NCBI GenBank assembly: GCA_964602255.1
Contig: CAZRQS010000021.1
Coordinates: 1-23,062, forward strand
Direction of reading: 5' to 3'
Length of the DNA: 23,062 nucleotides
DNA from: an uncultured bacterium
GTDB taxonomy: Bacteria > Vulcanimicrobiota > Vulcanimicrobiia > Vulcanimicrobiales > Vulcanimicrobiaceae
Shown here: in pieces, positions 8,811-16,973 of the stretch
Layout of the letters: each line of letters opens with the position of its first letter
How positions within the stretch are numbered: position 1 is the stretch's first letter
Notes under the pieces: generated by a model
The model's input: only the letters and a program-made list of their open reading frames with translations
Told to the model about the DNA's origin: nothing
Databases searched by the model: none
Translations under genes and position numbers: made by a program

Positions 8811-9843
8811 TGGGCTGCTGCGCAGGGTTGGCCGACTTGAGCAAATTGCCGGCGTAACGCCGGTAGTGCTGCAGGACGGTTGGTCAAACGGCGTTCGCGC
8901 GCTTGAGGTTCGCAACATCTCTGGTCTGCGCGCGATGTTCATCGCCGATCGCGCGATGGACATGCTGTCGCTCGAATGGCGCGGTGTTCGGCTCGCGTGG
9001 CAGTCACAGAACGGCGTAGCGGCTCCTCAGTATTATGACCCGGAAGGTGACAACTTCTTGCGCACCTTTTTCGGTGGCATGCTCACGACGTGCGGACTCG
9101 CAAACTTCGGTCCCGCCTCCGAGGACCCGTTCGGGCGCGTTGGCCTGCACGGTTCAATCAATCACACGCCGGCGCAGAGCGTATCGTACGGTCTGAACGA
9201 AAGCGCTGCGGTGCCGTGTTTGCAAATACATGGCACCGTCAGGCAAAGCCGCGTTTTTGGCGAAAACCTGCGCCTGGAGCGAACGTGGGTAATGCCACTG
9301 CAGGGCAATACCGTTTCACTGCACGATCGCGTCACAAATGATGCCGACGGGCCGTGGCCACATATGCTGCTCTATCATTGTAACGCAGGACATCCGTTGC
9401 TCTCAGAAGATCTGCGCATTCATTTGTCGCACGCGCAAATGCGCGCACGTGATGCTGCTGCGCAAACGGGTCTTGAAGTGTGGAACCGGGGAGATGTCCC
9501 CAAGCAAGGCTTCACCGAACAAGTATTCATTCACACCATGCGAAATATGAACGACTCTTGGAGCATGGGGCTTTTTGCCAATGACCGTCTGGGAATCGGA
9601 TTGGCTGTTAGATTCCGGTGCGATCAACTTCCATTTGCGTTCACGTGGCGGATGCTCGGAGAAAAGACCTACGTGATGGCGATCGAACCCGCCAACTGCC
9701 CAGCGATAGAAGGACGTGCTGCGGCAATTGAGAGTGGCACGCTGCCTATGCTGCAACCCGGCGAATCACGCGAATATGATTTGCATTTCGAGATCATTGA
9801 CGACCTGAAGAAGGTGGACGAGTACCGGCAAGCGCTAAAATGA
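8803..9843 (+). CDS. Aldose-1-epimerase-like (DUF4432-type) mutarotase-fold protein
   Basis: Beta-sandwich mutarotase-like signatures (GLHGSINHTPAQ, LLYHCNAGHP). The start overlaps the preceding stop by 8 nt (ATGCTTGA), indicating translational coupling. Confidence 0.55.
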   Translation: MLDGLLRRVGRLEQIAGVTPVVLQDGWSNGVRALEVRNISGLRAMFIADRAMDMLSLEWRGVRLAWQSQNGVAAPQYYDPEGDNFLRTFFGGMLTTCGLANFGPASEDPFGRVGLHGSINHTPAQSVSYGLNESAAVPCLQIHGTVRQSRVFGENLRLERTWVMPLQGNTVSLHDRVTNDADGPWPHMLLYHCNAGHPLLSEDLRIHLSHAQMRARDAAAQTGLEVWNRGDVPKQGFTEQVFIHTMRNMNDSWSMGLFANDRLGIGLAVRFRCDQLPFAFTWRMLGEKTYVMAIEPANCPAIEGRAAAIESGTLPMLQPGESREYDLHFEIIDDLKKVDEYRQALK

Positions 9844-9845
9844 AG

Positions 9846-10262
9846 TTAGTCGCGTGATATTTCGGCCAGCATCTCGCCCGCCATTTCCTTTGGTAGAGCT
9901 TTGGCCAAATCGGCTTGACTGACCATGCCGACAAGGCGATGCCCGTCGATAACGGGGAGGCGACGCACTTTGTGGTCCGCCATTGTCTGCATCGCTTCCT
10001 CAATCGAATCATCCGCACCGATGGTTACGGGCTTTCCGGTTTGTAGCTCTCCGGTAGTAACCACGGCGGGATCTTTGCCCTGCGCCAACACTTTCGTCAC
10101 GATGTCGCGGTCTGTTACCATGCCGCGAATGGCGTCACCGTCGCAAATCGGCATAGCGCCTACGTTTAGCTCTGCCATACGTTTTGCCGCCTCCAAAACC
10201 GTTTGAGTCGGCTTGAGAACTTCGATCTCGCCCGTCATTATGTCCCGTGCTCGTGCTTGCAT
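9846..10262 (-). CDS. CBS-pair domain protein
   Basis: Two CBS motifs (DIMTGEIEVLKPTQTVLEAAKRM...; RRLPVIDGHRLVGMVSQADL). ATG 10262 has AGAGAGGAAAC upstream. The longer annotated ORF (to 10538) would overlap the GMC gene's C-terminus and is rejected. Confidence 0.85.
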   Translation of the reverse strand: MQARARDIMTGEIEVLKPTQTVLEAAKRMAELNVGAMPICDGDAIRGMVTDRDIVTKVLAQGKDPAVVTTGELQTGKPVTIGADDSIEEAMQTMADHKVRRLPVIDGHRLVGMVSQADLAKALPKEMAGEMLAEISRD

Positions 10263-10273
10263 GTGTTTCCTCT

Positions 10274-11830
10274 CTAAGATAAGCGTTGCATGAGGTGGTC
10301 CCCAACGCGCAGCGCGTTTGCAATGATAGTTAAAGCGGGATTGACGGCACCACTCGAAACGAAGAAGCTGCCGTCCACGACGTAGAGGTTGTCCAAATCG
10401 TGCGCCTTGCAATTCGTATCGAGCGCGGATGTTTTGGGATCCGTTCCAAAACGGATCGTGCCGCACTGGTGCGCTGTTCCGCCGATTGGAACGCGTTTTC
10501 CGAGGTAAAGCGAACGCGGGAGCAGCTGCTCGCGGCATCCGGACATGCGAAGAATTTTCTTGATCTTGTCGTGCAAGCGCCGATGACCTTCGAGATTATT
10601 CTCGCGAAGATGCAGCACGATTTCGCCGTTGGACCCCAGGGCCACGCGATTTTCGGGATCCGGAAGATCTTCGGACGTCAGCCAAAAATCGAGCGCGTGG
10701 CGAGCCATGATCTCCAGCGGTATTTCCGGCCGCCATATCGCCCAGTCCGGCGCCTCTCCCTTGAGCATCTCGGCGTCGGACTTGCCGAGCATCTGAATGT
10801 GTCCGAGCGGGTAATCAAAATCGTCCGCGCCAAAGTAATAATCGTTGAGTGCCAGCGTTTTTTGAAAGACCGTGGGATTCTGCTCCTTTGAGATCGCCAT
10901 TAATGCGGAGTTATTGTGCCGCATGTAATGCCGGCCCACCACGCCCGAAGTGTTCGCAAGGCCGGTGGGATGGCGGTCGCTCGCCGATCGCAACAGTAGA
11001 GCGGCGGAATTAATCGCCCCGCATGAAACAACCACGATGTCGCCTGTATATTGCGCGTTTTGCCCGTCGCATTCCACTTCCACAGAGGTGACTTCGCGTC
11101 CGGACGACGACGTATTCAGGCGTTTTGCGTACGCGCGTGTGAGCAGCGTGACATTTGAATGCTCAAGAGCCGGCTCCACGCAAATAATCTGTGAATCCGC
11201 TTTGCCGTTAACCAAGCATGGAAAACCGTCAAACGTGCTGCATCTGATGCATCGGCTATTATGCGTCGGTTTCGTACCGGTCTCTTCCAAGAGGACGCCG
11301 ACAGGTAGATGGAACGGATGTAATCCCTGTTTCTGCATATCGTCTGCAAGAGCCTGAATGCGTGGCTCGTGCGTGACCGGCGGATACAGGTAATCTTCGC
11401 TGGCGGGCGGATCGGTGGGATCTACGCCGTGTTTACCGTGAACGTGGTATAGGTGCTCTGCTTGGGTGTAATACGGCTCAAAGTCGTTGTACGACAGCGG
11501 CCAGGCGGGTGAAACGCCGTCGTGATGACGCAGCTCTTGAAAATCGTGTTCGCGTAACCGAAAGAGTGCAGCACCGTAAACTTTTGTATTGCCACCGACG
11601 TAGTAATGGATTCCCGGATGAAATGTGCGTCCGGCCGAATCGTACCAAGTCTCTTTCGCATGGTAGCGCGACTCCATGAAGACTGCGCGCGAGTCCCAAT
11701 TCTGCTGCTCCCGCGGCAGCCAATCGCCTCGCTCAAGCAATAGGATTGTCTTTCCGGTGGGTGCGAGACGATGCGCGAGCGTACCGCCCCCCGCCCCCGT
11801 GCCGATGATGATCACATCGTAGTGGTTCAT
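10274..11830 (-). CDS. GMC-family FAD-dependent oxidoreductase
   Basis: N-terminal 'YDVIIIGTGAGGGTLAHRLA' FAD-binding fold, and GMC C-terminal signatures (NLYVVDGSFFVSSGAVNPALTIIANALR). ATG 11830 has GAGGAG upstream. Confidence 0.9.
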   Translation of the reverse strand: MNHYDVIIIGTGAGGGTLAHRLAPTGKTILLLERGDWLPREQQNWDSRAVFMESRYHAKETWYDSAGRTFHPGIHYYVGGNTKVYGAALFRLREHDFQELRHHDGVSPAWPLSYNDFEPYYTQAEHLYHVHGKHGVDPTDPPASEDYLYPPVTHEPRIQALADDMQKQGLHPFHLPVGVLLEETGTKPTHNSRCIRCSTFDGFPCLVNGKADSQIICVEPALEHSNVTLLTRAYAKRLNTSSSGREVTSVEVECDGQNAQYTGDIVVVSCGAINSAALLLRSASDRHPTGLANTSGVVGRHYMRHNNSALMAISKEQNPTVFQKTLALNDYYFGADDFDYPLGHIQMLGKSDAEMLKGEAPDWAIWRPEIPLEIMARHALDFWLTSEDLPDPENRVALGSNGEIVLHLRENNLEGHRRLHDKIKKILRMSGCREQLLPRSLYLGKRVPIGGTAHQCGTIRFGTDPKTSALDTNCKAHDLDNLYVVDGSFFVSSGAVNPALTIIANALRVGDHLMQRLS

Positions 11831-12579
11831 TGCGGCACTCCTCGATGGTGGTCGCATCGAAAAATGCATCTTTTCGAATTATCGTGGCGCAGCTTCGCGG
11901 AGCGCACGCGTCGACCTAAGAGTCGAACATAGATTTCAGCTGCGAGAAACATACCCATCGGCGGAGCGGTAAGGTAAACCCAAAGGTCTGTCGCGTTTCG
12001 CGCCGGCACCGCAGAGCCGACGGTTCGCGCAGGATTCATGCTCATCCCGGAAAGTGGCGCCTCCACGGTGATAAAGAGAGCGACAAGGACGCCGACGACA
12101 ACACCCGTGAATCGCGCGACGCCAGAGGTATTCGTCATAATGAGCACCGCCATCATGAGAATGAACGAGATTACTACTTCCGCGATGAGCGCAATCAGCG
12201 GTCCATCAGCCCCTGGTACTGTGACGATGTACTGTACCTCCGGAGTCGCGATTCGATCCCTTAAGACCAGGGCGGCAAGCAAAACTCCTGCGATGGCACC
12301 GGCAAATTGCGCAATGATGTAAAAAGCGGCATCGTGTGGCGCGACTTTCCCGAGGCGGAAAAACGTCAGCGTTACAGCCGGATTGAAATGCGCGCCCGAT
12401 TGACGTCCCCAGGGCGAGTAAACGATGCCAATTGCGGTAGCACCCATCGCAAGACCAATCAGTGCGCGTCGCGCCGTTTCATCAACGACCAAGTGACGCA
12501 CAGGTGAGCCGCGATACTCGATCAGTGCGGTAGCCAGCGTCGCCACCACCATAAATGCACCCAGCTCCGCGGCCTCCAT
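11827..12579 (-). CDS. Aquaporin (MIP family, AqpZ-like)
   Basis: Two NPA boxes (HFNPAVT; SMNPARTVGSA) and six TM segments. Its stop overlaps the GMC start by 4 nt. Confidence 0.9.
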   Translation of the reverse strand: MEAAELGAFMVVATLATALIEYRGSPVRHLVVDETARRALIGLAMGATAIGIVYSPWGRQSGAHFNPAVTLTFFRLGKVAPHDAAFYIIAQFAGAIAGVLLAALVLRDRIATPEVQYIVTVPGADGPLIALIAEVVISFILMMAVLIMTNTSGVARFTGVVVGVLVALFITVEAPLSGMSMNPARTVGSAVPARNATDLWVYLTAPPMGMFLAAEIYVRLLGRRVRSAKLRHDNSKRCIFRCDHHRGVPQ

Positions 12580-12611
12580 GGCATATTCGGGCCAGTGTCG
12601 TGCCGTATATC

Positions 12612-13520
12612 TCACGTTATGGCGCGAATCGTCGCGCAGAACATATCCTTATCTGCTATGGAATAATAAAGATGGATCCCGTCGTCGAGTTCGACGGACG
12701 AAGCCGCGAAGGCAATGTCCGTGTCGCCCTGGTCGCGACGGCGTGGCGGCGTAATCATCGGTTCCTCGCAGCGTGCTAGCACGCGGGTGTAGTTTTCGTC
12801 GAAGACGATCCACCCGATGCGCCACTCTACTTGACGTGTTGCGCCGTTGTAAAACATGACCGGACGTTGTGGATCAGTGCACAACACTGGGCCGGTGCTC
12901 AGATGCCACGAATCCCAGCGATCCGGCCGCGTGTCGAACAGGGGCTCAAGCACCGTCCAAGGGCCGCTCACATTCGGCGCGCGCGCGATGCCGATCTTCG
13001 ATGCGCCGCCGATCGCGAATTCGAAAAACAGTCGCCATGTGCCATCGCGCGCTTGGACGATTGTTGCTTCTTTCGGATTCTCGCAGCCCGGCGTAGACGC
13101 TAAGGAGATGCCCCGTTTCTGCAGGCGATTCGGATCTGGGCCGGTTCCGAGAAGAAGCTGACCGCGCCTGGCATTTTCGTTCCAGCCCGTGTAGTACACG
13201 TAGTACGTGCCGTCCACCGTTGCCACGGTAGGATCTTCGCAACCGTCTTTATCGTCTTCGCCAGGCCCCGGCGCGATGACCGGCTCATCACCCATCTTGA
13301 AGCGAATGCCGTCACTCGATTCGCCATAGTAAATCCGTGCAATTTTTTCTGCCGGTATGTCGGAGCGCGGAACCGCACGCACAAGCAACTTGTACGTTCC
13401 ATCTTCGCGCCACACAAAAGGACTTAACGTATACATCTCGGCGAGCGGGCTCTTGCGTTCGAGCTGAACCGGTGTAATCTGCGCGACCGCAAAGCCTTTC
13501 AGATCGTTCACCTGCATCAT
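12612..13520 (-). CDS. GH130-family (DUF377) beta-propeller glycosidase/glycoside phosphorylase-like protein
   Basis: 'CEDPTVATVDGTYYVYYTGW' and repeated blade motifs typical of GH130 five-bladed propellers. A GH43/32-like fold cannot be excluded without alignment. Confidence 0.7.
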   Translation of the reverse strand: MMQVNDLKGFAVAQITPVQLERKSPLAEMYTLSPFVWREDGTYKLLVRAVPRSDIPAEKIARIYYGESSDGIRFKMGDEPVIAPGPGEDDKDGCEDPTVATVDGTYYVYYTGWNENARRGQLLLGTGPDPNRLQKRGISLASTPGCENPKEATIVQARDGTWRLFFEFAIGGASKIGIARAPNVSGPWTVLEPLFDTRPDRWDSWHLSTGPVLCTDPQRPVMFYNGATRQVEWRIGWIVFDENYTRVLARCEEPMITPPRRRDQGDTDIAFAASSVELDDGIHLYYSIADKDMFCATIRAIT

Positions 13521-13627
13521 TGACTTAGGGTAAGCCTCAGTGCGTAGCAGGGCTGTGATATGCGTTACAATCTTATAGCCACGCGATCGCCACTGGCGAC
13601 CGTGAGCGTGCGATCGCGCGGCAGCTT

Positions 13628-14962
13628 TTAGAGCATGTACACTGCGTCGGAGCCGTAGGTTGGATAACCGAACACCGTATCGCGTAGCTGTGATACCGGC
13701 AAGCGGTAGCGAATTGCAAGCGTGAAGACATTAATGAGTTCCTCAGCACCGGGGCCTAGGATGTGTGCGCCCAGCACGCGGTCTTCCGTCTTGTGTACGA
13801 TCACTTTGTATTCCGCGTACGTTTCACCGACGCGCCGGTACGAATACCAATCCGTCATATCGCCCGCATTGACGGTGACGGTCGCCGGATCTACCTCATT
13901 TTCGCGAGCGCCCACCGCAGCAAGTGTCGGATTTGTGAAGACAAGGGACGGTATTGCCTCAAGCCGCGCCTCGCGGCGGTTACCGTTCAAAATGTTTTCC
14001 GCCACGATGTCGCCGGTTAGGCCTGCGACGGGGGTGAGTGGAAATTGCACTGATTCGGCGGCATCGCCCGCAGCATACACTTTGGGGTTTGATGTACTTT
14101 GCAAATACTCGTTGACACTTACGCCCTTTTTAGAATACGTAACGTGTCCGGTTTGCAGATCGAGCTCTTCGATTTCCGGCAAGCGGCCCGCACCGTGCAC
14201 AACCAGATCGGCGTTATAGCTCTTCCCGTCGGCATGTACGCGAAAAGAATCGCCGTGGCGCTCAACGCTCTGGACGCTCGTTTCAACGTGTACGTCAACG
14301 CCCGCCGCCTGCGACGCCTCGACAAGCCGGGCTACGAGATCCGCGTCAAATCGTTCTAGCGGTCGGGCGCCGCGATGCAGAATCGTCGCCTTTGCTCCGG
14401 ATCGCGCTGCGACGTGCGCAAATTCAAACGAGATATAACCACCGCCGATGAAGACAATGCTTTGCGGAAGGGTCTGAAGGTTTAGAAACTCCTCACTGGT
14501 CCGCACGTGTTCCTCACCGGCAATCCCAAGCTTAGCGGGATGCGCGCCCGCAGCGATAACAATTGCACTGGCTCGCAGTATCTCGCCGTTTATCGCAATT
14601 GTGGTCGGATCGCTAAATCGTGCGACGCCATGAAATGTGCTGATACCGGCGTCGCGAAAAGAGGATTCGCGGTTCGCCGGCACGGGGTCGGTGAACGTAT
14701 GTTTGAAACGCATGAGTGCCGGCCAATCGATGGAGATCGCTCCGTTCAGTGAATGCGTGTTCCTGATCGCGCCCCATCGGTGCACGATCTCCTCGGCTCC
14801 AACCAGTACCTTTTTCGGATCGCAGCCGCGAAGCGCACACGTGCCGCCAAACGGTCTTTTGTCAATGATGGCAACCTTGCGTCCGGCTTCTGAACAAGCG
14901 AAAGCAACGCTGGAACCCGCCGCCCCGGTGCCGATAACGATTACGTCAAAATCATGCGTCAT
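13628..14962 (-). CDS. Class-I pyridine nucleotide-disulfide oxidoreductase (MerA/RclA/Lpd-like), non-canonical active-site context
   Basis: FAD fold 'DFDVIVIGTGAAGSSVAFA', a redox-active C-x4-C 'GGTCALRGCDPKK', an NAD(P) fold 'IVFIGGGYISFEFA', and a C-terminal interface 'VFGYPTYGSDAVYML'. It has neither the His-Pro base of GR/Lpd nor the C-terminal Cys-Cys of MerA. Confidence 0.9.
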   Translation of the reverse strand: MTHDFDVIVIGTGAAGSSVAFACSEAGRKVAIIDKRPFGGTCALRGCDPKKVLVGAEEIVHRWGAIRNTHSLNGAISIDWPALMRFKHTFTDPVPANRESSFRDAGISTFHGVARFSDPTTIAINGEILRASAIVIAAGAHPAKLGIAGEEHVRTSEEFLNLQTLPQSIVFIGGGYISFEFAHVAARSGAKATILHRGARPLERFDADLVARLVEASQAAGVDVHVETSVQSVERHGDSFRVHADGKSYNADLVVHGAGRLPEIEELDLQTGHVTYSKKGVSVNEYLQSTSNPKVYAAGDAAESVQFPLTPVAGLTGDIVAENILNGNRREARLEAIPSLVFTNPTLAAVGARENEVDPATVTVNAGDMTDWYSYRRVGETYAEYKVIVHKTEDRVLGAHILGPGAEELINVFTLAIRYRLPVSQLRDTVFGYPTYGSDAVYML

Positions 14963-15093
14963 AACAAACGCGTAGTTTACGCCGCGTGGCGCGCGAATTC
15001 TGTGATATTTCTTACAGAACGGCGCGCATTGTTTGTGCGAACGGCCGCTGCTGTAAGTTATCCCGCTCACAGCCGCGCAACTTTCAGTCGGGT

Positions 15094-15693
15094 ATGCTAC
15101 TGCCCATGAATGAAGAACGTTACGGGTCTACGCTTCCCAAGCAAGGCCTCGAATCACCGGATCAGCGAACACGCGATCTCCTAGCCCATGCAAAGCAGCG
15201 CGCCGGCATGCTTCCTAACATGTACGCGTTCATGGCAAATGCGCCGGAATTGCTGGAGACCTACCTCTACGGCTACGAACGATTCCGCAAGGACTCAGGC
15301 CTAACGCCGGCCGAGCAGGAGGTCGTTTTCCTAACTCTCAGCTACGAAAACGGATGCGATTATTGCATGGCTGCGCACAGCGCTATCGCTGACACGCAAT
15401 CAAAGGTTCCTCACGAAGTAACCGAGGCGATCCGTGCCGGCGCACCGATCCCTGATGCAAAACTCGCCGCCCTAGCGGCTTTCACCCGCGCGATGCTCAC
15501 GAGGCGCGGACGTCCATCGCAACAGGATGTGGCGTCATTCGTAGAGGCGGGATATACCGAAAAACAGGTGCTTGACATCATTTTGGCGTTAGCCATCAAG
15601 ACGTTGAGCAACTACGCGAATCACATTTTCGCGACGCCGCTGGATACCTGGTTTAAAGTGCGTGAGTGGAAACCGCTGACGACGGTGAGCTAA
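15094..15693 (+). CDS. Carboxymuconolactone decarboxylase-family (AhpD-like) protein with CxxC
   Basis: The signature 'LSYENGCDYCMAAH' is the AhpD/CMD peroxidase-related core. The start is ambiguous: ATG 15094 or 15106, with no strong SD. Confidence 0.8.
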   Translation: MLLPMNEERYGSTLPKQGLESPDQRTRDLLAHAKQRAGMLPNMYAFMANAPELLETYLYGYERFRKDSGLTPAEQEVVFLTLSYENGCDYCMAAHSAIADTQSKVPHEVTEAIRAGAPIPDAKLAALAAFTRAMLTRRGRPSQQDVASFVEAGYTEKQVLDIILALAIKTLSNYANHIFATPLDTWFKVREWKPLTTVS

Positions 15694-16892
15694 GCTTTAC
15701 GAGTCGCGACCACCAGCAAGGCGACCGCTACGATCGCGACGGCGTTGCCCACCAACGTAAGACGATCGTTTAGTGCCATCGAACCGACAGAGATGCCGCC
15801 GAACGCATTGCCAATCGTCGCCCCCATTATGCCTCCCGCCACGATCGCACCAAAGGCAAAGAGGCCGACGAACGTCCACGTTATGCGGGGCGGAAACGAT
15901 TTGCGGTAGATCGCGACGAGCGGTGGGACAAGCAGATCCCCGTAAATGAATGTTGTGTTTGCCCCGAGCGGAATCCCCGCGTTTGCCAAAAACCGCGCGA
16001 CAGGCACATTCCCCATGGAACAGACGAACGTGGCCACTGCAATAAGCAAGCCTAGAATTAGCAATAAGAGATAGCCGACGTGCGGAACTGAACCGACGTT
16101 GTGCAGTGCGTGCGACAGCCACTGTGGCGGAACGAGCGCGGCTGCAAACCCTGCAATCAGATACCCGGTGATAAGTTCTGTTCGGAGCATGCGCACGTCG
16201 TTCATCGCCGTCTCGGCGACGTTTTTCCAGGTGTTGAGATCGCGCAGGGACTCACGTTCTTTGGGCCCTCGCGCCCTCTCACGGACACAATTTTCCAGCT
16301 GGGCGGCTAGATCGTTATAATGCTTCCTCCCGCAGGCGAGGTATGTTTGCCCACGGTACTCAACCGCTAGATCGCGTTGGCCTTCCATGCCGCAGATCGG
16401 ACACTCCGTTAGCACTGCTCGTTTATGAACGAAGGGTGACGGATGCTCCCTTGCAAGCTGCTCGAGTTCTCGCGCTTTAAATAGCAGCGAGAAACCTGCT
16501 GTAACGATGGCGATGATGATAATGCCGCCAAAGAATTCGGCAAAGGCGAATTTCCAGCCGAGCAGGGACCAAAATAGAATCAGGATCGCAACGTTCATGT
16601 TCGTCGACGAGACAAGAAACGAAAAGATCGAACGGATATCCGCGCCGCGCTGGTAGAAGCCGCGCGCAGCCGCTGCTGACCCATATGAGCACGAGGAGGA
16701 TATGATTCCGAATCCGGCGCCATACAAAATGCCACGGAGATTGGCACCAAGATAACGGTGCATATCGGCCGGCGTAAGTGCTACCTGGACGATAGCCGAA
16801 ATTAGAAAACCGAATACGAGCCCGTAAAGGCTGTCCCACAGAAAGCCAACCGACTGCAGTAAACCGGCGGCGACTGCATGCAGAATGGTCAT
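15690..16892 (-). CDS. DUF318/ArsP-like two-repeat permease with an inserted cytoplasmic YHS metal-binding domain
   Basis: Two homologous membrane halves each carry a conserved Cys-Ser motif (IISSSCSYGS; TFVCSMGNVP), as in ArsP/YraQ permeases. The central loop 'ECPICGMEGQRDLAVEYRGQTYLACGRKHYNDL' matches the YHS domain pattern (CGM...EY.G.TY..C...H). Confidence 0.75.
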   Translation of the reverse strand: MTILHAVAAGLLQSVGFLWDSLYGLVFGFLISAIVQVALTPADMHRYLGANLRGILYGAGFGIISSSCSYGSAAAARGFYQRGADIRSIFSFLVSSTNMNVAILILFWSLLGWKFAFAEFFGGIIIIAIVTAGFSLLFKARELEQLAREHPSPFVHKRAVLTECPICGMEGQRDLAVEYRGQTYLACGRKHYNDLAAQLENCVRERARGPKERESLRDLNTWKNVAETAMNDVRMLRTELITGYLIAGFAAALVPPQWLSHALHNVGSVPHVGYLLLLILGLLIAVATFVCSMGNVPVARFLANAGIPLGANTTFIYGDLLVPPLVAIYRKSFPPRITWTFVGLFAFGAIVAGGIMGATIGNAFGGISVGSMALNDRLTLVGNAVAIVAVALLVVATRKA

Positions 16893-16973
16893 TTTCTGAG
16901 GAATTACCTGCTGAACCGAGGGCCTGCGTTTTGGCTCATCGCCCGAGCATACCCATCCGCTGCGCTTTTAAGA

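Noticed and set aside
9846-10538. Long form (230 aa) of the CBS protein ORF
   Set aside because: The N-terminal 92 codons overlap the GMC oxidoreductase C-terminus in another frame and have no motifs. The internal ATG 10262 has a strong AGGAAAC Shine-Dalgarno and begins exactly at the CBS pair.
13583-13617. Two copies of GCGATCGC (cyanobacterial HIP1-like octamer)
   Set aside because: Only two occurrences were found in this window, consistent with chance in GC-rich DNA. There is no evidence of HIP1-type enrichment.
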